A DNA stretch of 64,000 nt from Alphaproteobacteria bacterium (lineage in GTDB: Bacteria > Pseudomonadota > Alphaproteobacteria > SP197), in contig OZ219917.1 of NCBI GenBank assembly GCA_964291415.2, positions 520,610 to 584,609 of the forward strand, written 5' to 3'. A program made the position numbers and the translations under genes. The notes under the pieces were generated by a model. That model saw only the letters and a program-made list of their open reading frames with translations, did no database searches and was not told the DNA's origin. How positions within the stretch are numbered: position 1 is the first letter of the stretch; each line of letters opens with the position of its first letter. This document shows, piece by piece, positions 19,800 to 29,625 of the stretch.

Positions 19800-20999
19800 A
19801 TGTCGTCCTCTGTCACCTATCGACAGATCACCTTTCGCCTGCTGCCCGAGAAACGCAGCACCTGGCGGCGGCTGGAGGCCATGCTCGACGCTGAGCGCTG
19901 TCTCTACAACGCGGCGCTGGAAGAACGGATCGACTGCTACCGGAAGACCGGCAAGTCACTCACCTACTTCGATCAGGCGAAGTCCCTGACCGTGTGCCGC
20001 AAGACCCTGCCGGACATGGCGGCGGTGCCGGTGGCCATTCAGCGTGGGACGCTCAAGCGCCTCGATCATGCCTTCAAGGGTTTCTTCCAGCGGGTGAAGC
20101 AGGGTGGGGCCGGGTTCCCCCGGTTCCAGGGACGCCGGCACTTCAACAGCCTTTCCGTGGTCTCCGGCGTCAGGGTCGAGGGCAATCGCCTGCGCATCCC
20201 CGGCCTGGGCTGGCTGACCATCCGCCGCCGGGGCGGCAATCCCTGGCCGCAGGGCACGCCGGTGAGTGCGGTCCTCAAGCGCGAGGAGGGACGCTGGAAG
20301 GCGGTGGTATGCCATGCGGTGTCGCTGCCGGAATCCGACGACAACGGCCATGCGGTCGGCGTGGACATGAATGCGGGCCAGGTGGCGACCTCGGACGGGG
20401 AGATCCTGCGCCTGGAGAGGAGCCGTCGTCTCAAGGCTCGCGCCCGGCGCTACGCCAAGCAACTGGCGCGGCAGCGCCGTGGCAGCAGGCGGCGGGAGAA
20501 GACGCGGCGGCGTCTGGCGAAGACCACCCGGCACATGGCCATGAAGCGCCATGACTGGCAGCACCACGTCAGCCGCCGGTTGGCGGATGCGGCGGGGACG
20601 GTGGTGGTCGAGGATCTGAAGGTCCGCAACATGACCCGCAGCGCCGGGGGCACGAAGGAGGAGCCGGGACGCCACGTGCGCTCCAAGGCGGGTCTCAACC
20701 GCGTCATCCTGGAGACGGGCTGGTCGTCGTTCCGGAGAATGCTGGACTACAAGGCTTGCCGCGTCATCGCGGTGAACCCGGCCTACAGCAGTCAAACCTG
20801 TGCAGCGTGCGGCGTCACAAGCGCCCAATCACGCAGGACGCGGGACCTGTTTCAATGCGTGGCGTGCGGCCATGCGGATCACGCCGACCTCAATGCAGCG
20901 GCGAACATTCTGGCCTCGGGGACTGAGGCATCTGCGCGGGGAGGTTGCCGGGTTGCCGGGCCTGCGAACCGCGAAATCGATCGGAAGATGGCAGCATGA
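19800..20999 (+). CDS. tnpB: TnpB (OrfB) RNA-guided endonuclease of the IS200/IS605 family
   Basis: 399 aa. RuvC-I Asp in AVGVDMNAG, RuvC-II Glu in VVVEDLKVRNM, zinc finger CAACG-x17-CVACG, RuvC-III Asp in HADLNAAANI. Confidence 0.9.
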   Translation: MSSSVTYRQITFRLLPEKRSTWRRLEAMLDAERCLYNAALEERIDCYRKTGKSLTYFDQAKSLTVCRKTLPDMAAVPVAIQRGTLKRLDHAFKGFFQRVKQGGAGFPRFQGRRHFNSLSVVSGVRVEGNRLRIPGLGWLTIRRRGGNPWPQGTPVSAVLKREEGRWKAVVCHAVSLPESDDNGHAVGVDMNAGQVATSDGEILRLERSRRLKARARRYAKQLARQRRGSRRREKTRRRLAKTTRHMAMKRHDWQHHVSRRLADAAGTVVVEDLKVRNMTRSAGGTKEEPGRHVRSKAGLNRVILETGWSSFRRMLDYKACRVIAVNPAYSSQTCAACGVTSAQSRRTRDLFQCVACGHADHADLNAAANILASGTEASARGGCRVAGPANREIDRKMAA

Positions 21000-21065
21000 C
21001 GCTGTCAACTTCTCGATATAAGTCCCCTTCCTTTCCTGTACCCGTGCGGGATGAACCACACGGAC
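20850..21065 (+). ncRNA. candidate omega-RNA (reRNA) scaffold overlapping the tnpB 3' end
   Basis: The position is the canonical one for TnpB guide RNAs. A stem ATCGA(TCG)GAAG (20976-20987) pairs with CTTCTCGAT (21009-21017) and encloses the stop codon. A second hairpin is CCGTG...CACGG (21042-21063). Extent and ends are not determinable from the sequence alone. Confidence 0.35.
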
Positions 21066-21120
21066 ACATCGGATCCGACATGGCATTGGAACTGACACGT
21101 CCTGTGCCGGAGCGCACACG

Positions 21121-21513
21121 GTGACGGCCAGACGCCCGGCCCGCGAGCTGGCTGCCGAGCTCTGGCGCCTGTTCGATGCCGGGCGATTTCGCGACGCCCT
21201 GCCGTTGCTCGCGGAGGACTTCGAAGCGCACTGGCCCAATACCCGGGAGCGCATCCGCGGCCGGGAGAACTTCATCGCCCTGAACGAGAACTACCCGGGT
21301 CACTCGCGCTGCACGGTCCGGCGGATCGAGGAATGCGCGGATGGCGTGGTGACGGTGACCGAAATCAGCACCCAAGTCGGCGATGACCGGTTCACGTTGT
21401 TCGCGGTGTCGTTCTTCCATGTGCGGGATGGTCGAATCGCTGCCGCCGAGGAGTACTTCAGCGAAAACGGGCCGCCGCCGTTCGACCGCTCCGCCTGGGC
21501 GGAACGCTACTGA
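21121..21513 (+). CDS. SnoaL-like / NTF2-fold protein
   Basis: 130 aa, GTG start. Pattern typical of the SnoaL_2 family: LFDAGRFRDALPLLAEDFEAHWP...FFHVRDGRIAAAEEYF. Confidence 0.7.
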   Translation: MTARRPARELAAELWRLFDAGRFRDALPLLAEDFEAHWPNTRERIRGRENFIALNENYPGHSRCTVRRIEECADGVVTVTEISTQVGDDRFTLFAVSFFHVRDGRIAAAEEYFSENGPPPFDRSAWAERY

Positions 21514-21589
21514 GTCACCGTCGAAAGACCGGGTATCCGTGTCTCGCTTCCGCCATCAGCGGCGGTGCGCGCACGAACCGCGGCACATT

Positions 21590-22204
21590 CAGGGTGTGGG
21601 TGTCGAGTGCACGTGAGCCGAGCGGTTTTCTGCAATCCGAGAAATCAGCCATGACCACTGCGAGCACCCTCGAGTTTCGGCGCAGATTCGGCCTGCGCAG
21701 AGTTCGTTGTTCAGCATGTTCCAGGTTTCCTCGGCCTCGTGGATGTCCGTTCGGTAGAACTTCGAGGAAAGACCGAATTCGGTGATGGCCATACAGGCAT
21801 TGCCATCGATCACGGTGCCGTTCATGGAATGAAGGGCCGGAACATGTTGTCCCTGCAGTTGATGTCCGACGTGTCCGACTGCTGGATCACAACGGCGCCA
21901 TGCCAGTGCGGAACATCGTCCGCACAAGGATGGGCGAGGTCGCCGGTAACCCCGGTCCGGATCTTCTGAATCTCGCCCTCGGCGGAGACACAGATCGACC
22001 AGTCGGTCAAGTTCCCTTGCTTCTCGATGAAGGGCAGCGAAGTTCCGGAACATCACAGGCCGACCATGTGAAGTAGAGAACCATGTCGCCTTGGGCTGCG
22101 TGGACCGCTGACATCATTGGCAATGCGACCGGAAGAAGACCGGTGGGTGCAGCCGCGCCCAACAACTCTCGGCGTCCGATCTCGCTGTTGATCAGCTTGC
22201 GCAA
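21590..22204 (-). pseudogene. third, decayed copy of the PotD-like SBP (at least 2 frameshifts, 3' half missing)
   Basis: Three minus-strand frames line up with SBP1/2. RRELLGAAA...LYFTWSACDVPEL matches PIFFTWGGYDEPEF. VSAEGEIQKIRTGVTGDLAHPCADDVPHW matches SDEDDAFAKMRGGYNPHVTYPCGPSLKRW. VIDGNACMAITEFGLSSKFYRTDIHEAEETWNMLNNELCAGRI matches VVDGVRVYVPEDWGQTSMVIRTD...TWKALWDENYAGRV. Confidence 0.75.
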
Positions 22205-22385
22205 GAAAACCTCGATTCGCGGTTTCCTCCACTATCTGCGTCGTTTGTCACTTCCCGAGTTGATGTGTCGGTTGCGGGGAGAAAACACGTCCTTCAATCC
22301 ATCGGCCCCCAACCTGAACATCGCGCGGCACCGTGCCGATTGCGACCGAGATGCCGACTCAACTGCCCTCATGACGAGTCGAACA

Positions 22386-22895
22386 TCACAGGTAGCCTTC
22401 AGGGGGCGCCTCGCCCTTGAGCGTGTAGATGGGGATCTCCTTGGACGACAACTTGACTCGTTTCAGGGTGATGTAACCGGCATAACGCAGGATGCCGGGG
22501 TCCGCCACGAGCAGGCGATCCATGCTCTCTCGGAAAGCGTTGGTATCGCGGCACAGAAACTTGACAATGTAGTCGAACCCTCCGTTGACCCGATGGCAAT
22601 CGAGAACCTCCGGCATCTGCAGGACAAACTTCTCGAAGCGCTCGAAATCTTCCGGACGCTGGTCCTTGAGCGTGATTTCGACATAGACCGTGATATTGGC
22701 TCCGAGTTTGTCGACATCGATGTAGGCACCGTAGCCCATGATAACCCGTTGTGTCTCAAGACGCTTTACTCTCTCGAGACAGGCACTCGGCGACAGCCCG
22801 ACGGTCCTTGCCAGCTGCACGTTGGTCATACGGCCGTCCTTCTGCAATGTGCCGAGAATGCGCACATCCAGAGGATCGAGCTTGTCTCCTTTCAT
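22386..22895 (-). CDS. Lrp/AsnC-family transcriptional regulator
   Basis: MKGDKLDPLDVRILGTLQKDGRMTNVQLARTVGLSPSACLERVKRLE (HTH) plus a C-terminal RAM/AsnC_trans_reg domain. ATG 22895 follows GGGGAGG. Confidence 0.9.
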   Translation of the reverse strand: MKGDKLDPLDVRILGTLQKDGRMTNVQLARTVGLSPSACLERVKRLETQRVIMGYGAYIDVDKLGANITVYVEITLKDQRPEDFERFEKFVLQMPEVLDCHRVNGGFDYIVKFLCRDTNAFRESMDRLLVADPGILRYAGYITLKRVKLSSKEIPIYTLKGEAPPEGYL

Positions 22896-23419
22896 GTCGC
22901 GAGCCTCCCCGTTTCCCGAAACTGACCCAGAGACCATCGATATCCGGCACCATGCCCGAAGAACCGATGAAGACCACTGGCACCCGGAAACCAGAAACAC
23001 TCCCCACAGACACACATACCCGGCCTCGGCGATCTTATGAACTCATTGGCAGTCCCCGTGTCGGATTGCAGGGCTTGACCAACATGTTGGCGAAGTTCTC
23101 CGAATTACATTCGACGAACTTACGAAAATCAGGGTACATGTCCGGCAATGGAATGCAAAATACACAGGTTGTTCGCCTATTGTCATGGTATAAGGATCTG
23201 AGTGTCCAGGGTCCGTATCTGCCCGATTCCAAGCGGTCTTTCGAAGGGAGGCGAAGGATTCGATGGGACGCCAAAGCAAACACATCGCACCGACTCGCCC
23301 GGACAATCCGCTGTACTTCGTCTGCATGTGCCGGACCGTGCTGCTGCTTGCCAAGGCCGTAGACGCCATTGATCCGGCCGCATGACCGGCAGGAAACACA
23401 ACTCAGGGATGAAGACATC

Positions 23420-23791
23420 ATGATCACGAAGCATCGATTTGACGAGAGCAAGCTCAAGCGTGTGAAGGTAAGGGGCGGCGAGTATGTCGACTGGTTGCAG
23501 ATGGCAATTCACGAGCCCAGTTGCTCGGCTGCCTTTCAGGAATTCCGCCCGGACGAGAAGCTGGGATACTGGGTATTCTGGTACGATCAGGTGCACTTCG
23601 CCCTGAAGGGCAGGGCAAGATGCATCTTCCGCGTTCCGCCGACCTACGATGACGAGCATGTCCTGGAGGTTTCCGAAGGCGACCTCTACCTCCTTCCCAT
23701 CGGCTACCAGGTGCGCTGGGAAGTGATTGGAGACGAGCCTTATCGTACTGTTTTCGTCAACATGCCGAACCCGAAGTACTTCGAGTTCTAG
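23420..23791 (+). CDS. small cupin-fold protein, copy 1
   Basis: 123 aa: FQEFRPDEKLGYWVFWYDQVHFALKG...GDLYLLPIGYQVRWEVIGDEPYRTVFVNMP. Paralogue of 26301-26726. Confidence 0.7.
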   Translation: MITKHRFDESKLKRVKVRGGEYVDWLQMAIHEPSCSAAFQEFRPDEKLGYWVFWYDQVHFALKGRARCIFRVPPTYDDEHVLEVSEGDLYLLPIGYQVRWEVIGDEPYRTVFVNMPNPKYFEF

Positions 23792-23803
23792 AAGGAGGAA
23801 CTA

Positions 23804-24580
23804 ATGGGCAAACTCGACGGCCGGCCCGCGCTTGTTACAGGAGCAAGCAGAGGACTGGGCGCGGGAATCGCGCTTGCATTTGCCGATGAGGGCGCTGATG
23901 TCGCTGTGAACTACATCAGGCGAAAGGACAAGGCGGACGAGATCGTCGACGCGATCCGTGCCCGGGGACGCCGTGCTATCGCCGTGCAGGCGGACTGCTC
24001 CCGGGAAGATGATGTCGAACGCATGGTGGACACGGTTCTGGAGGAGTTCGGCGAGATCCGCATCCTGATGAACAATGCCGGCATCCTCACCCAGATTCCC
24101 TTCGACGAGATGTCTGTCTCGGCGTGGGATGAAATGATGGCATCGCACCTTCGCTCCCACTTCCTGGTTACCAGAGCCTGTGTGCCGTCCATGCTCGAAC
24201 TCAAGCCGCTGAACAACGAGCGACGGGCGGCGAAGATCATCACCATGAGTTCCGGCATCGGCCAGAAGGGCGGTGCCGGTGGTGCCACCATTGTTCATTA
24301 CGTGACAGCTAAGGCTGGAATCATTGGCTTCACTAAGGCGCTCGCCGGCGAACTGGCGCCCCTCATCACGGTGAACGCAATATCCCCGGGAACACATCCA
24401 ACGGACATCCTCGGCGACCTCAGCGAGGAATGGAAACAGGAAAAGGAAAAGCAGTTCCTTCTCGGCTTCGGGACCGTCGAGGACGTGGCGCTTACCGCTG
24501 CGTTCATTGCTTCGCCCGATGCCGATTACTACACCGGACAGGTACTCATGCCGAATGGTGGTGACGTACTCAACGGCTGA
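23804..24580 (+). CDS. SDR-family oxidoreductase (FabG-like)
   Basis: TGASRGLG, NNAG and YVTAK catalytic motifs. RBS GAAGGAGG. Confidence 0.9.
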   Translation: MGKLDGRPALVTGASRGLGAGIALAFADEGADVAVNYIRRKDKADEIVDAIRARGRRAIAVQADCSREDDVERMVDTVLEEFGEIRILMNNAGILTQIPFDEMSVSAWDEMMASHLRSHFLVTRACVPSMLELKPLNNERRAAKIITMSSGIGQKGGAGGATIVHYVTAKAGIIGFTKALAGELAPLITVNAISPGTHPTDILGDLSEEWKQEKEKQFLLGFGTVEDVALTAAFIASPDADYYTGQVLMPNGGDVLNG

Positions 24581-24635
24581 GTTCGATCTCGGGCGTCAAG
24601 TGAAGCAAAGACTACAACAAGAGGAGGAGGATCCC

Positions 24636-26219
24636 ATGAACACGTTGCGCAAGTACCTGATTGGCTTCGCCGTCCTTGCGGCGAGCGTTCTGTCGATCTC
24701 TCTGGCTTCAGCCCAGACAACACTTGTGGTTGCGGCCCAGAAGACTCCCAATGGTATCGATCATGACTATCATTTCTCGGCGGAAGACCATCAGATCCGG
24801 GCAGCACTCTATGACAAGCTGCTGGCACTGGGTCGTGTCGCTGGTCCCGGCGGATTGACTCTTCCGTCATACGATCATGCCGACCTGGAAGGCCGCCTGG
24901 CAGAATCATGGTCGCTGTCGGATGACGGCAAGACCCTCACGATCAAGCTGCGCGAGGGTGTCATGAGTCATGCGGGCAACGAACTCACGGCCGACGACCT
25001 GCAGTGGACATGGGACCGTTCATGGGCGCTTGAAGCCGTGGGCGCGTTCTATGCCAAGTTCATACTGAATATTGAAGAACCGACATGGCGAGTGATCGAC
25101 CGGTATACATGGGAACTTTCGACCCATGACGTCAACGCAATGACCGTGTTGTTGATGATCAACAACGATCTGGATGTACTTGATGCCGCGGAAGTCATGA
25201 AACATGCTACGGACGACGACCCCTGGGCCACCGGATGGCTGGCCTCGAACGCTGCGGGACACGGGGCGTACAGTCTCGCCGAATGGACGCCCGGAGAGCG
25301 CGTGGTGCTCAACGCCTTCGAGGGCTATCATCGTGGCAAACCGGAAATTGACACCGTAGTTTACCGAGAGGTGCCCGAAGCGGCCAACCGCCTTGCACTC
25401 GTGACCGAGGGCAGTGCGCATGTCGCTGAGTCACTTCCACCCCGATTCCTGGACCGCGCGTCTGAAACGGATGGTCTGGTGATCTGGCAGACAATCGGCA
25501 ACCGCCTGATGCGTCTGGACGTCAACAACGAAATGGCGCCGACCAACGACCCGCGCGTGCGCAAGGCGCTCAACTATGCGACACCGTCCAGTCAGATTCT
25601 CGAGGCGGTCTTCTTTGGTCTGGCGGAGCCCAGCCGTGGTCCGATGCCGTCGCAGTATCCGGGAGCAACGGACGAGTTCTGGGCCTATGACTACGACCCC
25701 GACATGGCGAGATCGCTTCTTGAGGAGGCAGGAGCGGTTGGTGCCGAGCTGACGATCAATTTCGATTCGGGTTCTCCCGTTCAGAGAAACACGGCTGTCA
25801 TCCTCAAGTCCGCTTACGAGGATGTTGGCCTGAAGGTCAACTTGATGGAAATGTCCTCGGCGGCCTACACCTCGCAACTCTACGGTGGCGAGTTCCCGGC
25901 GTTCTTCATGATCGAGTTTCCGATCCTTCCGGATCCGGGATACGCCCTGGCACTTAACTATCCGTGTGGCTCGTTCCTCAATGCTGCAAATTACTGTAAT
26001 ACCAGGGTAGACGAACTGCTGGAGCAGGCCGCGGCCACACTTGACCACGCAGAGCGCATGGAAATGTATCGTGAGATTCAGCGCCTGATGACGGTTGAGG
26101 ACGCCAATTCGGTCTGGCTGGCTGAGCCCGGCTGGCAACTCGTGACCGGCAGCAATGTTTCCGGCGTCGGCTGGGATACACCCAACATCTACCAGTTCTT
26201 CGATCTCAGTCTTCAGTAG
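24636..26219 (+). CDS. family-5 (DppA/OppA-like) ABC substrate-binding protein
   Basis: Signal peptide MNTLRKYLIGFAVLAASVLSISLASAQ after RBS GAGGAGGAGG; 527 aa. Confidence 0.88.
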   Translation: MNTLRKYLIGFAVLAASVLSISLASAQTTLVVAAQKTPNGIDHDYHFSAEDHQIRAALYDKLLALGRVAGPGGLTLPSYDHADLEGRLAESWSLSDDGKTLTIKLREGVMSHAGNELTADDLQWTWDRSWALEAVGAFYAKFILNIEEPTWRVIDRYTWELSTHDVNAMTVLLMINNDLDVLDAAEVMKHATDDDPWATGWLASNAAGHGAYSLAEWTPGERVVLNAFEGYHRGKPEIDTVVYREVPEAANRLALVTEGSAHVAESLPPRFLDRASETDGLVIWQTIGNRLMRLDVNNEMAPTNDPRVRKALNYATPSSQILEAVFFGLAEPSRGPMPSQYPGATDEFWAYDYDPDMARSLLEEAGAVGAELTINFDSGSPVQRNTAVILKSAYEDVGLKVNLMEMSSAAYTSQLYGGEFPAFFMIEFPILPDPGYALALNYPCGSFLNAANYCNTRVDELLEQAAATLDHAERMEMYREIQRLMTVEDANSVWLAEPGWQLVTGSNVSGVGWDTPNIYQFFDLSLQ

Positions 26220-26300
26220 GTTCGCACGTGTGTGGAATGGCGCCCGCATTTCGGGGCGCCATTCCCTCGTTTCGTGAATCCCCTCGCCGGGAGGCCCCAC

Positions 26301-26726
26301 ATGTCTGTTCGCAATCTGATCGAAGCACACCGATACGATCCCGCACGTATGCAGCGTTTCGGAGCCTGGGCCGGCAAATGCGCTCCTTGGCTCAGCGGGG
26401 ACATTGACACACCGGAATGCTACGCGTCCTTCGAGGAGTTTCGGCCCGACGAGCCTGCCGGCGACTGGTTCTATTGGTACGACGAGGTCGACTACGCTGT
26501 CAGCGGCGCCTGCCAGGCCATTTTCCGTTCGCCGCCGAATTTTGACATCGAGCACCGATTGCATCTCGAAGCTGGCGACCTGTTCTTCATCCGTGTTGGA
26601 ACGGTGGCACGATTCGAGGTGATCGGCGATGAGCCGTTCGTGCACATCATCGTCCAGATGCCAAGACCACCCTACACCGCCGAAGAGGGCAGGCCTTCCT
26701 TCACTGCAACCGAATCCCGGAACTAA
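26301..26726 (+). CDS. small cupin-fold protein, copy 2
   Basis: FEEFRPDEPAGDWFYWYDEVDYAVSG...GDLFFIRVGTVARFEVIGDEPFVHIIVQMP. RBS GGGAGG. Stop overlaps the permease ATG (TAATG). Confidence 0.7.
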   Translation: MSVRNLIEAHRYDPARMQRFGAWAGKCAPWLSGDIDTPECYASFEEFRPDEPAGDWFYWYDEVDYAVSGACQAIFRSPPNFDIEHRLHLEAGDLFFIRVGTVARFEVIGDEPFVHIIVQMPRPPYTAEEGRPSFTATESRN

Positions 26727-27748
26727 TGGGCCCCCGAGTTTCGTGGATGTTTCTTGCGCGTCGGCTAGGCGCGCTGGTTCCCCAACTCCTTGCCGTGTCC
26801 GTTTTCACTTTTGTGCTGGTGCGCCTGTTGCCAGGCAATCCCGCAGACGTGATTCTGGGGCCGGCGCGAACCGAAGCCGGAATCGCCGCCCTGACCAGCA
26901 AGATGGGCCTCGACAAGCCCATGGTCGAGCAATACTTGATCTATCTCGGAAATGTTCTCAGAGGTGACCTCGGTACATCCTGGTTCAGCGGCGAGCCGGT
27001 CTTGGACGAATTGTTGCGCCGCGCACCGGCAACCCTGGAACTGGTCACCTACTCGCTCTTCGTGGCGATCACGGTCGGTGTCTTCATTGGAACGTTGACC
27101 GCCTTCAGAAAGCGGGGCGTTCTGGCGGGCGTCTTCGACTGGTACATACGAGTCGCTGGTTCCTTCCCAGACTTCTGGATCGGCCTGATCGCCGTGTATG
27201 TGTTCTACTTTGTGCTGGGTCTGGCGCCTGCTCCGATGGGACGTCTCGGCATCGTGGCCCTGACACCACCGGCCATCACGGGATTCTTTACGGTCGACAG
27301 CCTACTGGCAGGCGAGTTCGCAACCTTCGCCGAAGCGGTCCGCCATCTGGCATTGCCAGTGCTGACGCTGGGACTCATCCTCGCGCCCATGGTCGGCAAG
27401 GTGACCCGTGCAACCGTACTTGATGTGCTGTCCATGGATTTCATCCACTATGCGCGGGCTGCGGGCCTGCGCCGACGAACGGTGGTCTGGTACGCCGTGA
27501 GCAACGCGCTGCCGCCCGTCATCACCCTAATCGGCATTCTCTTCGCCTACCTGCTTGGAGGCACTGTCCTCATGGAGAAGGTGTTTTCCTGGGGAGGTGT
27601 CGGCCAGTATGCGGTGCAGGCGGTGGTCAACGCTGATTTCCTCGCGGTCCAGGGCTTTGTGCTGGTGGCCGCGACATTCACCATGCTGGTCTATCTTGCA
27701 GTCGATCTGCTTCACATGGCCATCGACCCCCGCGTGAGTCACTACTGA
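26726..27748 (+). CDS. ABC permease (DppB/OppB-like)
   Basis: 340 aa. N-terminus FVLVRLLPGNPADV is typical of the BPD_transp_1 / OppB N-terminus. Confidence 0.9.
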   Translation: MGPRVSWMFLARRLGALVPQLLAVSVFTFVLVRLLPGNPADVILGPARTEAGIAALTSKMGLDKPMVEQYLIYLGNVLRGDLGTSWFSGEPVLDELLRRAPATLELVTYSLFVAITVGVFIGTLTAFRKRGVLAGVFDWYIRVAGSFPDFWIGLIAVYVFYFVLGLAPAPMGRLGIVALTPPAITGFFTVDSLLAGEFATFAEAVRHLALPVLTLGLILAPMVGKVTRATVLDVLSMDFIHYARAAGLRRRTVVWYAVSNALPPVITLIGILFAYLLGGTVLMEKVFSWGGVGQYAVQAVVNADFLAVQGFVLVAATFTMLVYLAVDLLHMAIDPRVSHY

Positions 27749-27751
27749 GCC

Positions 27752-28606
27752 ATGGTCGACATTTCCGTCTCGTCCAGCGCAGGCCGTCTTCTGGTCCACC
27801 GCCGGCTGCCGCGCAGGGGAACACTGGGATTTGTCATGCTGGGATTCCTAGTACTGGCCTCCCTGCTTGGGCCCCTTGCGGTGCCGTTCGATCCCGAAAG
27901 GGCATCACTTCTCGAAATCATGCAGCCGCCGGATTTTACACACTGGTTCGGCACCAACAGCTACGGAGCCGACATTTTCGCACGAGTCCTCCATGCAGGT
28001 CGTCTGGATCTGCTGATCGCCGTGGTCAGCGTCGGAGGCGGGCTTCTCGTCGCCATGCCGATCGGCGCATTGCTGGGCTATTCGAGAGGCTGGTGGAACG
28101 CCCTTGTCATGAGGGCACTCGATTTCGTCCAGTCCTTCCCTCCGTTCATTCTGGCCATGGCGCTTGCCGCCGTGGCCGGGGCGAGCGTGCTGAACGTCAT
28201 TCTGATCATCGGTTTCCTCAATGTGCCAATCTTCGCCCGGTTGATACGGTCCGAAGTACTTTCCTACCGCGAACGAGCATTTGTCGAGGCAGCGCGCTGC
28301 GCGGGCAACAGCGACCTGCGCCTCGTGATTCGCCACATTCTGCCCAACGCCATGTCGGCAGCCGTGGCCCAGGCTTCGGTCAACATCGGCTGGGCGCTCA
28401 TCCTGACAGCCGGCCTGAGCTTTGTGGGCGCTGGCGTTGAACCGCCGACACCGGAGTGGGGCGCCATGATCTCGGAAGGCGCGGAGTACATCATCACCGG
28501 TGAATGGTGGATCGCGACATTCCCGGGTCTTGCTCTTTGCCTGACCGTGCTTTCCTTCGCACTGGTCGGCGAGACTCTCAGTTCTTGGCTGGACGTGCGC
28601 CGTTGA
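27752..28606 (+). CDS. ABC permease (DppC/OppC-like)
   Basis: 284 aa, multi-pass, with an EAA-like loop ERAFVEAARCAGNSDLRLVIRHILPN. Confidence 0.9.
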   Translation: MVDISVSSSAGRLLVHRRLPRRGTLGFVMLGFLVLASLLGPLAVPFDPERASLLEIMQPPDFTHWFGTNSYGADIFARVLHAGRLDLLIAVVSVGGGLLVAMPIGALLGYSRGWWNALVMRALDFVQSFPPFILAMALAAVAGASVLNVILIIGFLNVPIFARLIRSEVLSYRERAFVEAARCAGNSDLRLVIRHILPNAMSAAVAQASVNIGWALILTAGLSFVGAGVEPPTPEWGAMISEGAEYIITGEWWIATFPGLALCLTVLSFALVGETLSSWLDVRR

Positions 28607-28629
28607 AGGCTAGAACTTCCCTAAACCCG

Positions 28630-29625
28630 ATGAATGCGCTCTTGGAAATTGAAGATCTGGAAGTCCGGTTTCCCGGCTCCTCTGAAGAGATCGTCGTCCT
28701 GGATCGCGTGAACATTCGGATCGGCGCAGGAGAAGTATTTGGTGTCATCGGTGAAACCGGCGCCGGCAAGTCGCTCACCGCCTGGGCGGCTATGAACCTC
28801 CTTCCGGTGCATGGCCGGGTTACCGCCGGCGAAGTCCGCTGGAAGGGGCGCTCCATATCGGCGATGACAGACGAGGAGGTGCGCCGGATACGCGGGAATG
28901 AAGTTTCCCTCATCACGCAGAATCCTCTGGCAGCACTGAATCCGATGAGCACTGTCGGTCATCAGATTGTTAGGGTTATTCGCGCCCACGAACGCGTGGG
29001 AGCGCGCGAAGCTCGTCGCATGGCCTTTGAAGCACTGCGCGTGGTGGGAATTCCCGACCCTGAACGTCGCTTCGCCGCCTATCCTCACCAGCTGAGCGGC
29101 GGCATGGCGCAACGTATTCTGATCGCCATGGCAATGATCAACCGTCCGCAACTCCTGATTGCGGATGAACCCACGACAGGACTGGACGTCACCCTGCAGG
29201 CGGAGATTCTCGATCTCATGACCGGGATGGTCCGGGACCATGGAGCATCCATCTGGCTTATTACCCACGATCTCGGGGTTATCGCCAACTACACCGAGCG
29301 CGCCGCGGTCATGTTCGCGGGCCAGGTCGTCGAGACCACGTCGACCCGTCAACTGTTCAAATTCCCGCGTCATCCCTATACGCGCGGCTTCTTGGATGCG
29401 GTCGCGCTTGAGCGCGATGACGGCAGCCGGCTGGAAATCGCGGGCCCGCCTCCCAACCTGCGCCACAGACCTCCGGGATGCCAGTTCGCCTATCGCTGTC
29501 CACTGGTCGAGAATTCCTGCCGTCTCGCGAAGCCACCGCTTCTGGAGGCGCAAGAAGGCCACCTGGTGCGATGTCCGCCGGTCGTGAGACCGGACGGAAC
29601 TCATGAGCGGAGAACGACCGCATGA
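28630..29625 (+). CDS. ABC ATP-binding protein (DppD/OppD-like)
   Basis: Walker A GETGAGKS, signature LSGGMAQR, Walker B LLIADEPTTGLD, and an oligopeptide-type C-terminal domain with Cys residues. Confidence 0.92.
   Translation: MNALLEIEDLEVRFPGSSEEIVVLDRVNIRIGAGEVFGVIGETGAGKSLTAWAAMNLLPVHGRVTAGEVRWKGRSISAMTDEEVRRIRGNEVSLITQNPLAALNPMSTVGHQIVRVIRAHERVGAREARRMAFEALRVVGIPDPERRFAAYPHQLSGGMAQRILIAMAMINRPQLLIADEPTTGLDVTLQAEILDLMTGMVRDHGASIWLITHDLGVIANYTERAAVMFAGQVVETTSTRQLFKFPRHPYTRGFLDAVALERDDGSRLEIAGPPPNLRHRPPGCQFAYRCPLVENSCRLAKPPLLEAQEGHLVRCPPVVRPDGTHERRTTA

Larger units (their letters stand above)
19700..21065 (+). mobile_element. IS200/IS605-superfamily element carrying tnpB only (IS1341-like); boundaries approximate
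   Basis: GC-poor shoulders start near 19697 and end near 21065. The element holds a single tnpB, and no Y1 transposase (tnpA) occurs anywhere in the window. A weak terminal inverted match exists: CTTGACAG (19715-19722) versus CTGTCAAC (21002-21009). Confidence 0.6.

Noticed and set aside
23263-23385. 40-codon ORF behind GGGAGG in the Lrp-cupin intergenic region (MGRQSKHIAPTRPDNPLYFVCMCRTVLLLAKAVDAIDPAA).
   Set aside because: It is short and has no homology that I can recognise, so it could be chance. It is mentioned only as something to check with ribosome profiling or conservation analysis.
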